A stretch of 64,000 nucleotides of DNA from Chiloscyllium plagiosum (lineage: Eukaryota): the NCBI RefSeq assembly GCF_004010195.1, contig NC_057750.1, positions 2,796,112-2,860,111 of the forward strand. The letters are read 5' to 3'. The position numbers and the translations under genes were made by a program. Shown here in pieces: positions 23,701-35,430 of the stretch. A model generated the notes under the pieces. It worked only from the letters and a program-made list of their open reading frames with translations. It had not been told where the DNA came from and made no database searches. Positions within the stretch are counted from its first letter, which is position 1. Each line of letters begins with the position of its first letter.

Positions 23701-23830
23701 TCCATGAAAAAACCTAACTGAATTCGCTCTCAGCCTGCCCTGTGTCACACACTACCCCTGACGTAACGCCTTGTCTAACAAGTTAGGGCTTGTTGCAGAG
23801 AGGGAGATTCCCCTCTTAAAGGGCCAGAGT
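23687..23830 (-). promoter_or_regulatory. Putative bbc3 proximal promoter motif cluster
   Basis: AP-1 TGAGTCA 23687-23693, CRE/ATF-like TGACGTAA 23759-23766, p53 element, and NF-kB GGGAGATTCC 23802-23811 (also matches on the other strand). Confidence 0.6.
23776..23795 (-). promoter_or_regulatory. Promoter p53 response element CAACAAGCCC-TAACTTGTTA
   Basis: Two CWWG cores exactly 10 bp apart with no spacer, plus a third core at 23770-23773. Lies upstream of the putative first exon. Confidence 0.65.
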
Positions 23831-24174
23831 CCCTGTTTGGCACTGCACTCCCCTCTCCCCACCCCCCACCAACACCTCCCTCTCGGTCAACTCTGTGGAA
23901 GCCACATTATCATCACCACCCTATCTCCCCCCTCCCTTTCATTTTTGTGAGGGATCTCTCGTCCCACTGTGGTAGTGTCCCTACCTCTGAGCCAGGAGGG
24001 CCTGGGTTCAAGTCCCACCTGGTCCAGCTTTGACAAAGGGTCAGTTAGACTCGAAACATCAACTCTTTTCTCTCCTTACAGATGCTGCCAGCCTTGCTGA
24101 GATTTTCCAGCATTTTCTCTTTTTTGATTTCAGGTTCCAGCATCCACAGTAATTTGCTTTTATTTGGTCCAGAG

Positions 24175-24445
24175 GTGTGGTGGCTTAGTGGTTAGCACTG
24201 CTGCCTCCCAGTGCCAGGGACCCAAGTTTGATTCCAGCCCCAGGCGACTGTCTGTGTGGAGTTTGCACATTCTCCCTGTGTCCTCCCACAGCCCAAGGAT
24301 GTGCTGGTCAGGGTGGATTAGTTAAACTGTCCATAGTGTGCAGGCTAGGTCATGGAGAAACACAATGTTATCGGTGTGGGTCTGGGTGGGATGCAGTTTG
24401 GGTATGGATTCAATGGGTCAAATGGCCTGCTTCCACACTGTAGGT
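24175..24445 (+). mobile_element. HE1-type SINE
   Basis: gtggcttagtggttagcactgctgcctc head. Confidence 0.85.
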
Positions 24446-25049
24446 GTGTCCTAATGTCTCTGAACATGGTGATTTGGGAAGTATGGAAAGTAATCTTCCA
24501 ATGATTTCTGTAGCTCAGAGGGGGTGTCTGTGCATTTTGTTGTTCCACAAATAGCCAGCTCACTGACACCCTTAAAGGTTTACTCAAACAACGCAGTGAC
24601 CATTCAATCAGCTAAACCGCCACCAGGCCCTCTCCTAGCACTGGGAGGAAAGGGGGAGCAAGCCCACACAGATAGACTTGTTTATCTCCTCCCGTAGAGT
24701 GTGATTGCTCGGCCCGACACGAGTGTGTGGACTGACTTGATCACCACCTTCGGAGGTGAATCACAGGCAGGTACCTCCAGCCCAGTCATACTGCACATCC
24801 TGTTTACAATTCCGTCAATGAGCTTTCAAACTGACCCTTCCCTGTCGGATTCCCTCCTAAAGGTGCTGGCACCTTACTGTGAGTGAGGGTCATCTCGGGT
24901 AGGAGTTTCGATTGATTCACATACAGACTGCCCCCTGGTTATTGAAGGGTCCACTGTCTCATTTCTGCCCCCTCCCACTTGTCAACGCGGACATCGATTG
25001 TTGAAAAGCCATTTGCCTACTGAAGGCATTATCACTAAACACAATCTTT

Positions 25050-25585
25050 GGCACACACTCCCCTGGCACACACACTCCCCTGGCACACACTCCCCTGGCA
25101 CACACTCACCTGGCACACATTCACCTGGCACACACACTCCCCTGGCTTACACACTCCCCTAGCACATACTCAGCTGGCACACACACTTCCCTGACACACA
25201 GACGCACCTGGCTTATACACTCCCCTGGCACACACACTGCTTTGACACACACACTCCCCTGACACACACACTCACCTGGTGCACACACAATCCCCTGACA
25301 CACACACTCACCTGGTGCACACACAATCCCCTGACACACATACTCACCTGGCATACACACCAGCACTTGGCACACATACAACACACGCACTTGATAAACC
25401 CAGACATTTGACATACACACACACACACACACGCCTTGAGGCATGCTCTCACATAGACACATACACACACACACACATACAAACACACGCCTGCACGCAT
25501 ACACGTGCCCGCACACACACATACTCACACCTGCATGCATACACTGTATACACACACACACGTACAAATACTTGCACATTTACAC
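25050..25585. repeat. 15-17 bp minisatellite (cctggcacacactcc) grading into CA-rich microsatellite
   Basis: Direct reading. Confidence 0.92.
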
Positions 25586-27199
25586 AGTCTCCTGTAGGAG
25601 TCATCAGGCAGCCTTTAGCAGCATTAACCCTGGTACTTTCCTTCCTCCCTCACTAAGCCTCCTTCCTCAGTGAGAGTGCTGTACCCAAGATCAGCAGAAA
25701 CCAGGGGGTCAGTAACAGAGTTTCTGCTGTGTGTCCTGGAGTGGGTTTACTGCTGGAATTCTCTGAGACAATGTGATGGGGTTTAATCACTATCCACCCT
25801 TCCCCCAGGTTTATCTAGAGTCCACAGCTGCATATCCCCAAGAATATCTTTCTTTAATCATCCATAAAAGGCTCCTGTGTGGGTTTTTTCATCATTCATG
25901 GGAACCAGCCCTAACCTTTTTATCCCAGATATACATAAAAAAAAGACTAAGTATTTGTAAATAGGAATTTTTAATTTACAAATCAGGAACAGGCTGTACA
26001 GGTCTTTTTCTCTGCAGGTTTTCTCCCTACATCTTGTGATGGTTCTGAATTTCCCTGATTCTTTATCACAGTAAAACCATTTACTCAAACGATCACACTG
26101 ACAACCTTCTGATATACTTGAACTAAAGCTGACACTAAGCCACATAAGGAGATGTTAAGACAGGTGACTAAACTGCTCACTCATAGCAACAGAGGTTTAG
26201 TGCAGGAATCCCAGACTCTGCTTTTATAACACTGAGTGCTTCTGAGAATTAAGTGACACTTTTTTCACTCTCAGTATGATTTCACTGCAAAAGCATTTTG
26301 GGTTTTACTGCAAGCTAAAGAAGTTCAGAATTTATTTTACAAAATACAGCTAGCACACTGTACTCACCCACGGAGAGGCTGCAGGTAACTTGCTGACAAG
26401 GTTCCTAGAGATCAGCCTTTGCAGGAAGTGAGTGGATTGAGTGAGATAACAAGCTGATCGACACAATTTTGACACCACCCTCTCTCAGAAGTAAAAATCT
26501 TGAGTCATTTCCTCTAGGTTCCAGGCCATTTCTCCAAGCCTCGTCTAGTCCGATGGCAGCTGTTGTACTCAGATTCCCAGACCACTCCCCACGGGTTCCA
26601 ATCCCATTAAAGCTCCAGTTGTGCCCACCTCCTTTCAGAATGTTGCTGCCAATACCCGCCCACCCCAATCCTCTGCAGCCCCAAAACACCACACTCCAGC
26701 AACCTGACCTCCTGAGCGTTTCTTATTTTAATCACGCCACTCTGTGCCTTCAGCTGTTTTGACCCTACACTCTCGAATTCCTCTCTAAACCCCTCTGCTC
26801 CTTTGAGATACCCCTTAGCACTGAGCACTAGACCGAGTCAAAGTCATCTGTCCGAAATCACCCAAAGCCACATTTTGTCCCACTGGATCTAGCTGTGCCA
26901 CCACCCTCCCTGCCCAAACTGGTGAGCATTGCCATGTTGTTCCCTTAGACATTGCTGCTGGCACAGTCGACTAAGGTGGGCTTCACTGTTTACACCCAAT
27001 CTGTAGGGATTTACCAGCGAGAATCACAGAGGGAGAAACTGGAACTCAGCTTCTCCGCCAACCCCCTCCGCCAAACAGCTTACCCCTACCCTCCTCCACA
27101 CACACCCTCCCCACAGCCTCTCTGCTCACACACCATTCCCAATCACTCCCCCCATGTCCCACCCCCTACAACGCCTCCCCCTTACCCATCCCCCAAACA

Positions 27200-27745
27200 A
27201 GAAAGACCCTGAGCTTCCAGCCGCCCACCACTTTAACACACACCCCTGTTCCCTGGCCAACATCTCTGTCTCAGGCTTGTTGCAGTGCTCCAGTGAAGCT
27301 CAGCACAAGCTGGAAGAACAGCACCTCATTTTCCACTTGGGGACCCTGCAGCCTCAGGATTCAAAGGCTAAACACCTCCTTCTATGTCCTTTAGTCATCC
27401 CCACACCCCAGGCCCTGTCATCGCATAGGCTGATTTCAAAACAGGCAACCCATCCCCATGATCCCCATTATCAGATGTTTCTTCTTCCCGGCCTTACCAT
27501 TTTCTATCCCTTTATCTGCCTAACCGTCTTTCTCTCTCTCTGCGCTCTGTGTCCACTTACCCTCTCACTCCTTCCCCACTCCTGCCTTCAGCACATGTAC
27601 CACCTTTTCCTAGCCAATACTAGCACTGGAGAAGAGTCACAGGACCCGAAATGTTAACTCTGCCTTCTCTCCACAGATGCTGCCAGCTCTGCTGAATTTC
27701 TTTGGCAATTTCTGTTTCTGTTTTCGACTTCCATTATCCACAGTT
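27200..27745 (+). mobile_element. Penelope-like element 3' fragment (GIY-YIG endonuclease C-terminus and terminal region)
   Basis: ELPAAHHFNTHPCSLANISVSGLLQCSSEAQHKLEEQHLIFHLGTLQP matches the PLE HF...LE...I..L.TL.P.G.N pattern. Confidence 0.8.
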
Positions 27746-28539
27746 CTTTCGTATATTATCAACTGCTCCTAAGCGATTAGACCTCTCCTCCCACATCAGT
27801 CCCACCATCCCAGGAATCAGGTAGGTAAAATCAAGGACTGCAGATGCTGAAAACCAGAGTCTAGATTGGAGTGGTGCTGGAAAAGCACAGCAGGCCAGGC
27901 AGTATCCGAGGAGCAGGAAAATTGACATTTCGGGCAAAAGCCCTTCATCAGCAATAGAGGGCTTTTGCCCGAAACATCGATTCTCTTGCTCCTCGGATGC
28001 TGCCTGGCCTGCTGTGCTCTCACATCCCAGGAATCAGTCTGGGAAACCTTTGTTGCACTCCCTGTACAGGAACAACGTCCTTCCTCAGATAAAGTTAAAA
28101 ATCACACAACACCAGGTTATAATCCAACAGGTTTATTGGGAAGGACAGGCTTTCAGCCCACTGCTCCTTCATCAGGTGGTTAGAAAGGGCTCCGAAAGCT
28201 AGTGCTTCCAAATAAACCTGTTGGACTATAACCTGGTGTTGTGTGATTTTTAACTTTGCCCACCCCTATCAACACTGGCACCTCCAAATCATTCCTCAGA
28301 TAAAGAGACCAAAATTGCACACAATACTCCAGGAGGGGCCCAGTACAATTACAGCAAGATATCCCCGCTCCTGCACTTAAATCCTTACACAATGACGACC
28401 AGTGTACCAGTTGTCATCTTTAGCCTGCTTTTAGGGTGCTCAGTATAATCCCAACTGGCGATCTAATGCAAAGCAACTGCTTTCAGTTATGTGCATTGTT
28501 CAGTGTATTTTTAGTAAGCAGACAGTGTCGCAATTTGAC

Positions 28540-29473
28540 TGAGTGGTTAGCACTGCTGCCTCTCAGCGCCAGGGACCCAGGTTCGATTCCAACCTCGGGC
28601 GACTGTCTGTGTTGAGTTTGCACATCCCCCCCCCCGTGTCTGGATAGGTTTCCTCCGGGTGCTCCGGTTTCCTCCCACAATCCACAGATGTGTGGGTTAG
28701 GTGAATTGGCCATGCTAAATTGCCCATAGTGTTCAGAGATGTGTAGGTTGTGTGTGCATTAGTCAGGGGTAAATGTAGGGTAATGTGTCTAGGTGGGTTG
28801 CTCTTCGGAGGGTCAGTGTGAATTTGTTGGGCCGAAGGGCCTATTTCCACACTGTAGGAATTCTATTAGGATAGTGACACAGAACATGTTGCTATCTAGT
28901 CTTGCTGTGTCTCTCTTGTTGTTGGAGTTTTGTGAATGGACTGAACTTTGTTGCTGTGAGTTCACTCTCCCCAGCCTCAGGCTCTGGTTCTGAGTAATGG
29001 AAGATCACAGCGTAACATCTCCCTCAGGATTTCAGCGGGTCCTGAGAATCTGCAGACAGGTCTTCCAGCCCCACCTTGACAGGGATCAAAAATAAATGTT
29101 CAACCCTTCTCAGCTGCCCCCACTAGGGTGGCTCAGTGGTTAGCACTGCTGCCTCATAACGCCAAGGACTTGTGTTCAATTCCAGCCTCGGACGACTGTC
29201 TATGTGGAGTTTGCACATTCTCCCCGTGTCTGTGTGGGTTTCCTTCCGAGTGCACCAGTTACCCTCCCACAGTCTAAAGATGTGCAGGCTAGGGTGGATT
29301 GGCCTGGCTAAATTACCCCATTAGTGTCCAGGGGTGTGCAGGTTGAGGTGGGTTCGCCATGGGAAACGTAGGGTGATAGGGTAGGGGAGTGGGTCTAGGT
29401 GGGGGAGGCTCTTCTGAGGGTCAGTGTGGACCCGATGGGCCGATTGGACTGCTGCCACAGGGATTCTATGATT
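28540..29473 (+). mobile_element. Two HE1-type SINEs (about 28540-28865 and 29126-29473)
   Basis: Conserved head, body and gggattctatgattc-type tail. Confidence 0.88.
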
Positions 29474-29944
29474 CAGTGCTGCTTCCTGATCTAGGTACAC
29501 AGCTGCCCCATTCACACTGCAATACCTCCTCCACCCTGACTGAAGGTCAGAATCTGTATTTAATTATAGAATCAAAAAGATCTACAGCATAAAATAAAGG
29601 CTCTGCAGCCCATCAAAGTCAAAACGATACACCAAAATATTCTAGTCCTATTTTCCAGCATATGATCCATAGACTTGGCATCTCAAGTGCGCATCTAAAT
29701 AATTATGAAGGTTCTGCCTTTATTTCTACATTTACATGTCACCCTCGACAGCCCCAGAAGGTCCCAAATCACTCCACCGCCAATCAACTACCCTTAAACA
29801 CAGTCACAACAATGGGAAATGCAACAATCAATGTGGGCACAGCAAGATCCCGTGAAGACCAATGTGGTAATGCAGCACTCTGAAAGTTTATGATTTCAAA
29901 TAAACCTGTTGGACTATAACCTGGTGTCATGTGACTTCTGACTT

Positions 29945-30160
29945 TGCAGTGATGTTAGTTGAGGGATAAATATTGTCCAGGACACCCTCACTCCTGGTGC
30001 CACAGGAGGTTTTACATCCACCTGAATGGGACTCAGTTTAATATAACATCAAAAAGACAGCACTGCAGCACTCCCTCAGCGTTGCACTGGACGATACTGG
30101 ACAGGATTTTGTGCTCAGGATCCTGGAGTGATACTTGAACCATGCCTTTCTGATTCAGAT
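29945..30160 (-). mobile_element. SacSINE1/DeuSINE-like copy without tandem expansion
   Basis: ttgagggataaatattgtccagg...tttacatccacctg...cactgcagcactccctcagcgttgcactgg...gattttgtgctc. Confidence 0.7.
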
Positions 30161-31179
30161 TGTCCCGGGCTATTCTTGTGGAGTACAGGATGCAGACGCC
30201 GCCTGGTTTAATCTCTCGTAGGTAGTACAAACAATGGGATATGGTTAACCACATGGGGCTTACAGTAAAATGTGACACCTTCGTCAACTTGTAAAGTGAT
30301 TACACTTTTCACACACAGATTAGAAAGTGAATAATCAGGTGAGAAAGGCAAATTGATATCACAAATCTGATCATCTACATAAAACGTTTAACACTGTTAA
30401 CTCCATGTGACCAAAGTTCTTCAGCTTTTCTACCTCCACAGGGATAGTGAGGTGGTAATGTCATCGGCCTAGTAATCTAGATGCCCAGGCTAAATGCTGT
30501 GGAGCCTTGGATTTGAATCCCAGTGTGGGAAGATGGGGCAATTTAGATCGATGTAATACTGGAATTAATGGAGAGCATGTTAAAAACTCAATTCACCCAC
30601 TGATAAAGGAAATCTGCTTTCTTTACCTGATCTCGTGACTCTGGACCCTCAGCAATGGACTTTAAAACTGCCTTCTGAAATGGCCAAGAAAGCTCCTTAA
30701 TTCATGTGGCATTAGGGATGAGCAACATCCTGTGAACACATTAAAAAAACCAAGACTCAGCAATCTCAACCTCCTGTCTTGAGACTGGAGTTTATAACAG
30801 TCCCATATTTAGACAGAAAAAAAATTGTGTTCATCTTCATCCTGAACACATTCCAAAATATTTTCGAAACCAACGGCTTTGGGGAAAAGAAAGACTTGTG
30901 TTTCTGCAGCGCCTGAGGATGTTACAAAGCACTTTGATGAAGTAATTGTTGCTGTGATGTAGGAAACACGGCAGCTAATTCACACACAGCAAGCTCCCAC
31001 TAACAGCAGTGTGATGTTGGCTGATGGATACATATTCACCTGGACATTGATAACAGTTTGTTGACCCAGATTTTGCTGATGGGGCAAATGGAGCCTCCTT
31101 TTAATGTTTCAAAGACAGCCCTTCCAATTGCCACAGTTTTGGAACTTTCATGTCAGTGCTGAATTTGTGCTGAATTAGC

Positions 31180-32180
31180 CATATAAATACTGTGGCTACA
31201 AGAACAGGTCAGAGGCTGGGAATCCTGCAGCGAGTAACTCCCCTCCTGACTCCCCAAAGCCATCTGCAAGGCACAAGTCAGGATTGTGAGGGGATACTCC
31301 CCACTTGCCCTGGATGGGGGCAGCTCCAACAACACTCAAGAAGTTCACATCATCCAGGACAAAGCAGCCCCCACTTGATTGGTACCACATCCACAAACAT
31401 CCACTCCCCCCACCACCGACGCTCAGTAGCAGCAGTGTACCAAAAGTTAAGATCTTTTTGCCAGCATAGAGGAGTTTGAAACTGGAGGGCATAGGTTTAG
31501 GGTGAGAGGGGAAAGATATAAAAGGGACCTAAGGGGCAACCTTTTTCACACAGAGGGTGGTGCGTGTGTGGAATGAGCTGCCAGAGGAAGTGGTGGAGGT
31601 TGGTACAATTACAACATGCAAAAGGTATTCGAATCGACGTTTCAGGCATGAGCCCTTCTTCAGGAAGGGCTTCTTCACCTCATGTCAATTACAACATGCA
31701 AAAGGCATTCGGATGGCTATATGAATAGGAAGGGTTTGGAGGGATATGGGCCGGGTGCTGGCAGGTGGAACTAGATTTATTGAGGATGATTGGCATGGAT
31801 TAATTGAATCGAATGTTCTGTTTCCATGCTGTACAGCTGTGTGACTCTATCTACAAGATACACTGCAGAAATTCACCAAAGATCCTCAGACAGCACCTTC
31901 CAAACCCACAACCACTTCCATCTAGAAGGACAAGGGCAGCAAATACATGGGAACACCACCCCCTGCAAGTTCCCCTCCAAGCCCCTCACCATCCTGACAA
32001 ATTATTTTCTTCGGTGTTGCTGGGTCAGAATCCTGGAATTCCATCCCTGACAGTATTGTGGGTGTTCTTACACCATATGGACTGCGATGGTTCAGGAAAA
32101 CAGCTCACCATCACCTTCTCCAGGGCAACTAGGGATAGGTAATGACAATGCAGCCATTGACACCCTCATCCCATGAGTTT
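31180..32180 (+). mobile_element. LINE 3' fragment of a second CR1/L2-group family, interrupted by a HER1-type fragment (about 31465-31850)
   Basis: GQRLGILQRVTPLLTPQS, HHRRSVAAV and IYKIHCRNSPKILRQHLPNP; the sequence resumes in register after the insert. Tail gggcaactagggatag...catcccatgag. Confidence 0.75.
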
Positions 32181-32924
32181 GAAACACACATACCTGCAGT
32201 GGAGCTCCCTGAGCCACACAAATTATGATTAATGTTTTATGAGCATTGGCTCAGTATTGCCTGATTACCGGTGGGATAGGCACCTCATGTGGAACTGAAA
32301 ATGTGTTGCTGGAAAAGCGCAGCAGGTCAGGCAGCATCCAAGGCGCAGGAGAATCGACGTTTCAGGCATGAGCCCTTCTTCAGGAAGGGCTTCTTCACCT
32401 CATGTGGAAGTCAATAGACTGTAATCTGTGTTAGAGTGTGATGCTTCCTATAGTCAAATAGTTTACCAATCTCCAAGACTCACCACTTGCAGACAAGAGG
32501 CTTATTGTTTCAGAAGCTGCTTGTGTCCCGACTGAGTCTCCCAGCTCAAGGACTCCAAGCAAGATGCACAGCTCATAGGGAGAGCATGCTGGGGAATCAG
32601 AAAGATGCACTTTTACTTAATTGGCAAATATTTCTGAGAGACTCCACATGAGAATATTTGTTGATAGAGCGAGAACAGTACAGCACCTCAGTGCAATAAA
32701 CAATCACAACCCATGTGTGCCCCACCTTGTTGAATAGACCTCAGGAGTCTGTCCCTTCTGAATGATGCTCTGTGTTCAAAGATTACCTGGTCCCAAACTT
32801 CATCCCTTTGGATCTTCAAGTGAACAAAAATGCTTTAGGGGAGAAAAGAAGATAGTAGTTCTCTGGGATTCGGTTTAAATAGATCCTGGCTGGCATGGAT
32901 ATGGTGGGCAAAAGGGCCTGTTAG

Positions 32925-33345
32925 AGTCATAGAGATGTACAGCACGGAAACAGACCCTTCACTCCAACTCGCCCATGCTGGTCAGATATCCTAAATAATC
33001 TAGTCCCATTTGCCAGCACTTTGCCCATACCCCTCCAAACCCTTCCTATTCATATACCCATCCAGATGCCTTTAAAATGTTGCATTTGTACCAGCCTCCA
33101 CCACTTCCTCTGGCAGCTCATTCCACACACGCACCACCCTCTGCGTGAAAAAGGTTGCCCCTTAGGTCTCTTTTATATCTTCCCCCCCTCACCTTAAACC
33201 TATGCCCTCTAGTTCTGGACTCCCCCAACCCAAGGAAAAGACCTTGTCTATTTATCCTATCCATGCCCCTCATGATTTTGTAAACCTCTATAAGGTCACC
33301 CCTCAGCCTCCGACGCTCCAGGGAAAACAGCCCCAGCCTGTTCCT
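32925..33345 (-). mobile_element. HER1/CR1 LINE 3' fragment
   Basis: Near-identical to the copies at about 37.0-37.7 kb, 43.4-44.1 kb and 52.3-53.0 kb. Confidence 0.9.
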
Positions 33346-33926
33346 GTACTTGTGTTATAGGACGACCACAATCTTACTGAGTGGAACATGCAGTATGGGG
33401 ACAAGTTTAATTTTATTACAAAATCTTTAATATTCAAATCAATTTATACATAAAGTACATTTTTTGGGGGAAAAGGCAATAGGCTTTTGGGATTCACATC
33501 CCTTCGCAAGAGCTGGTGAAAAATCTGGATGAAAATTAAGTAAATGGTTAGATATTCAGGCAGATATTTCTGTCCCTTGAGAAACATTGCTCCCAGATTT
33601 GCAAATGCACATCTGTTTGTCAGATGTCCTTGCTAGGGTTTGGCTGAAAAATGGTATTGCAAAGATTCAGGCAAAATCAGCGATGCATTGAGATGATTCA
33701 CACATGAGAAGAATTTGCTAAAAGTCCCTAAAAGTGGGAGGTTTCTGCTCAAAATCTGGTATTTTAGTCCACGGATGTTTCAGTTCAGGTCAAGCAGGGT
33801 CACGGACCCAATTCAGGTCAAAACCTTCCTTGTGAATGGATCGGTTTAAGATACACTACATTCTTTTGCACTTCATCAGTTTACCACAGTTTGATTGGAT
33901 GGAGCTGAGGCACATTACATCACTTC

Positions 33927-33947
33927 TGGCCAACGAGAGGGCAGCAC
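33927..33947 (+). promoter_or_regulatory. Candidate CTCF binding site
   Basis: TGGCCAACGAGAGGGCAGCAC is close to the CTCF core CCASYAGRKGGCRS, in unique sequence. Confidence 0.5.
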
Positions 33948-34519
33948 AGTGCAGATGACATAATTTCATCTCCTGTGCACCAACTCACCCGTTTAAACAG
34001 ACGAACAAAGATATGAATTGTCTCTCTAATCTCAACCCGTTCCTCAACTCGCCGAGCCACCTTTTCTTTTTGCCTGTTAGGTACTTTCCTCCCCCCCCCC
34101 TTCCACTGAACCAGCCACCCTCCACACTTCCGCCCTCCACCCCACCAACTCATCACTCAAACTGGCCAAAGGTCATCCAGACAAAAACCGGTTCTCTCTT
34201 CTTTGAGCTTTGACAGAGGGTCAGTTAGACTCAAAACGTCAGCTCTTTTCTCTCCTTAGGCCAAAGGTCATCCAGACAAAAACCGGTTCTCTCTTCTTTG
34301 AGCTTTGACAGAGGGTCAGTTAGACTCAAAAGTCAGCTCTTTTCTCTCCTTACAGATGCTGGCAGACCTGCTGAGATTTTCCTGCATTTTCTCTTTTGGT
34401 TTCTCTCTTCTTAGATGCTGCCAGACCTGCCCAGCAATCCCAACTCTTCCTGTTTGGAGTTCCGTCCCTATGCTTCTGCTGTCCTTGCTATTGATCCCAC
34501 TACTTGGAACAGCTTCCAC

Positions 34520-35030
34520 ATTGTTTTTAAATTTCAAAATATACTTTATTCATAAAAATATCTTTATATACATAGTAGTCACAAACGCAGTTCAGTTCTG
34601 CACAGTATCACATCAAAAAAACAAACAAACATTGCAGTTTAACCCGACTCAAACAAATCAAAGGCATCTCTTACTTGAGTCAGACTATATTGACATCTCT
34701 GGGACACAAGGAGGGTCCAATAGCTGAACGGACCGTATTTAACTTCAGCAGGAAGACCTCAGACAGTGGTCTTTCCCCAGTGCACCTTGGTGACAGCTGC
34801 CCCAGGCTTTACTGCGTCTGTCAGCGCAGAGTCCTGGACCTTTTTGGAATGTGCCAGTTTGTAACACCCATTCGGGGTCAATTCCTTGCTCTGGAAGACC
34901 AGGCAAGTTTCAGGCAGAGCAAAGAGTGTCTTTCACTGAGTTGATGGTCCTGCAGGCACAGCCAATGTTTGTCCCGGGGAATAGACTGTGGAGCTGATTC
35001 ACTACCTATCCTATCGCCGACTGTCTGCAC
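34520..35030 (-). mobile_element. L1/Tx1-clade LINE 3' end, decayed
   Basis: Minus strand gives LFPGTNIGCACRTINSVK...VFQSKELT...VHWGKTTV* with frameshifts, followed by an AATAAA-containing A-rich tail. Confidence 0.65.
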
Positions 35031-35054
35031 TTCTGGGGTTACTATCTATGATAT

Positions 35055-35430
35055 GGGCAGCATGGTGGCTCAGCGGTTGGCACTGCTGCCTCACAGCGCC
35101 AGAGACCTGGGTTCAATTCCTGCCTCAGGCTTGCATTTATCTAGCACCCTTCACGACCTCAGGATGTCTCAAACTCTTTATTGTCAATTAAGTGCTTCTT
35201 GAAATGTAATAACTGCTGTGTGAGAGAACTTTCAACGTGTGGAGTTTGCACATTCTCCCCGTGTCTGCGTGGGTTTCCTTCTACATTCCAAAAATGTGCA
35301 GGTTAGGTGAGTTGGCCATGCTAAATTGCCCGTAGTATTAGGTGTAAATGTAGGGAAACAGGTCTGTGTAGGTTGCTCTTTGGAGGGTCGGTGTGGACGT
35401 TTCCACACTGGAAGTAATCTAATCTAATCC
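35055..35430 (+). mobile_element. HE1-type SINE with an internal insert of about 100 bp
   Basis: Head ends at gcctcaggc (35130); body resumes at gtgtggagtttgcac (about 35237); (taatc)n tail. Confidence 0.85.

Noticed and set aside
25121..25673. Cys/Val-rich and His/Thr-rich ORFs
   Set aside because: CA/TG microsatellite and minisatellite translations.
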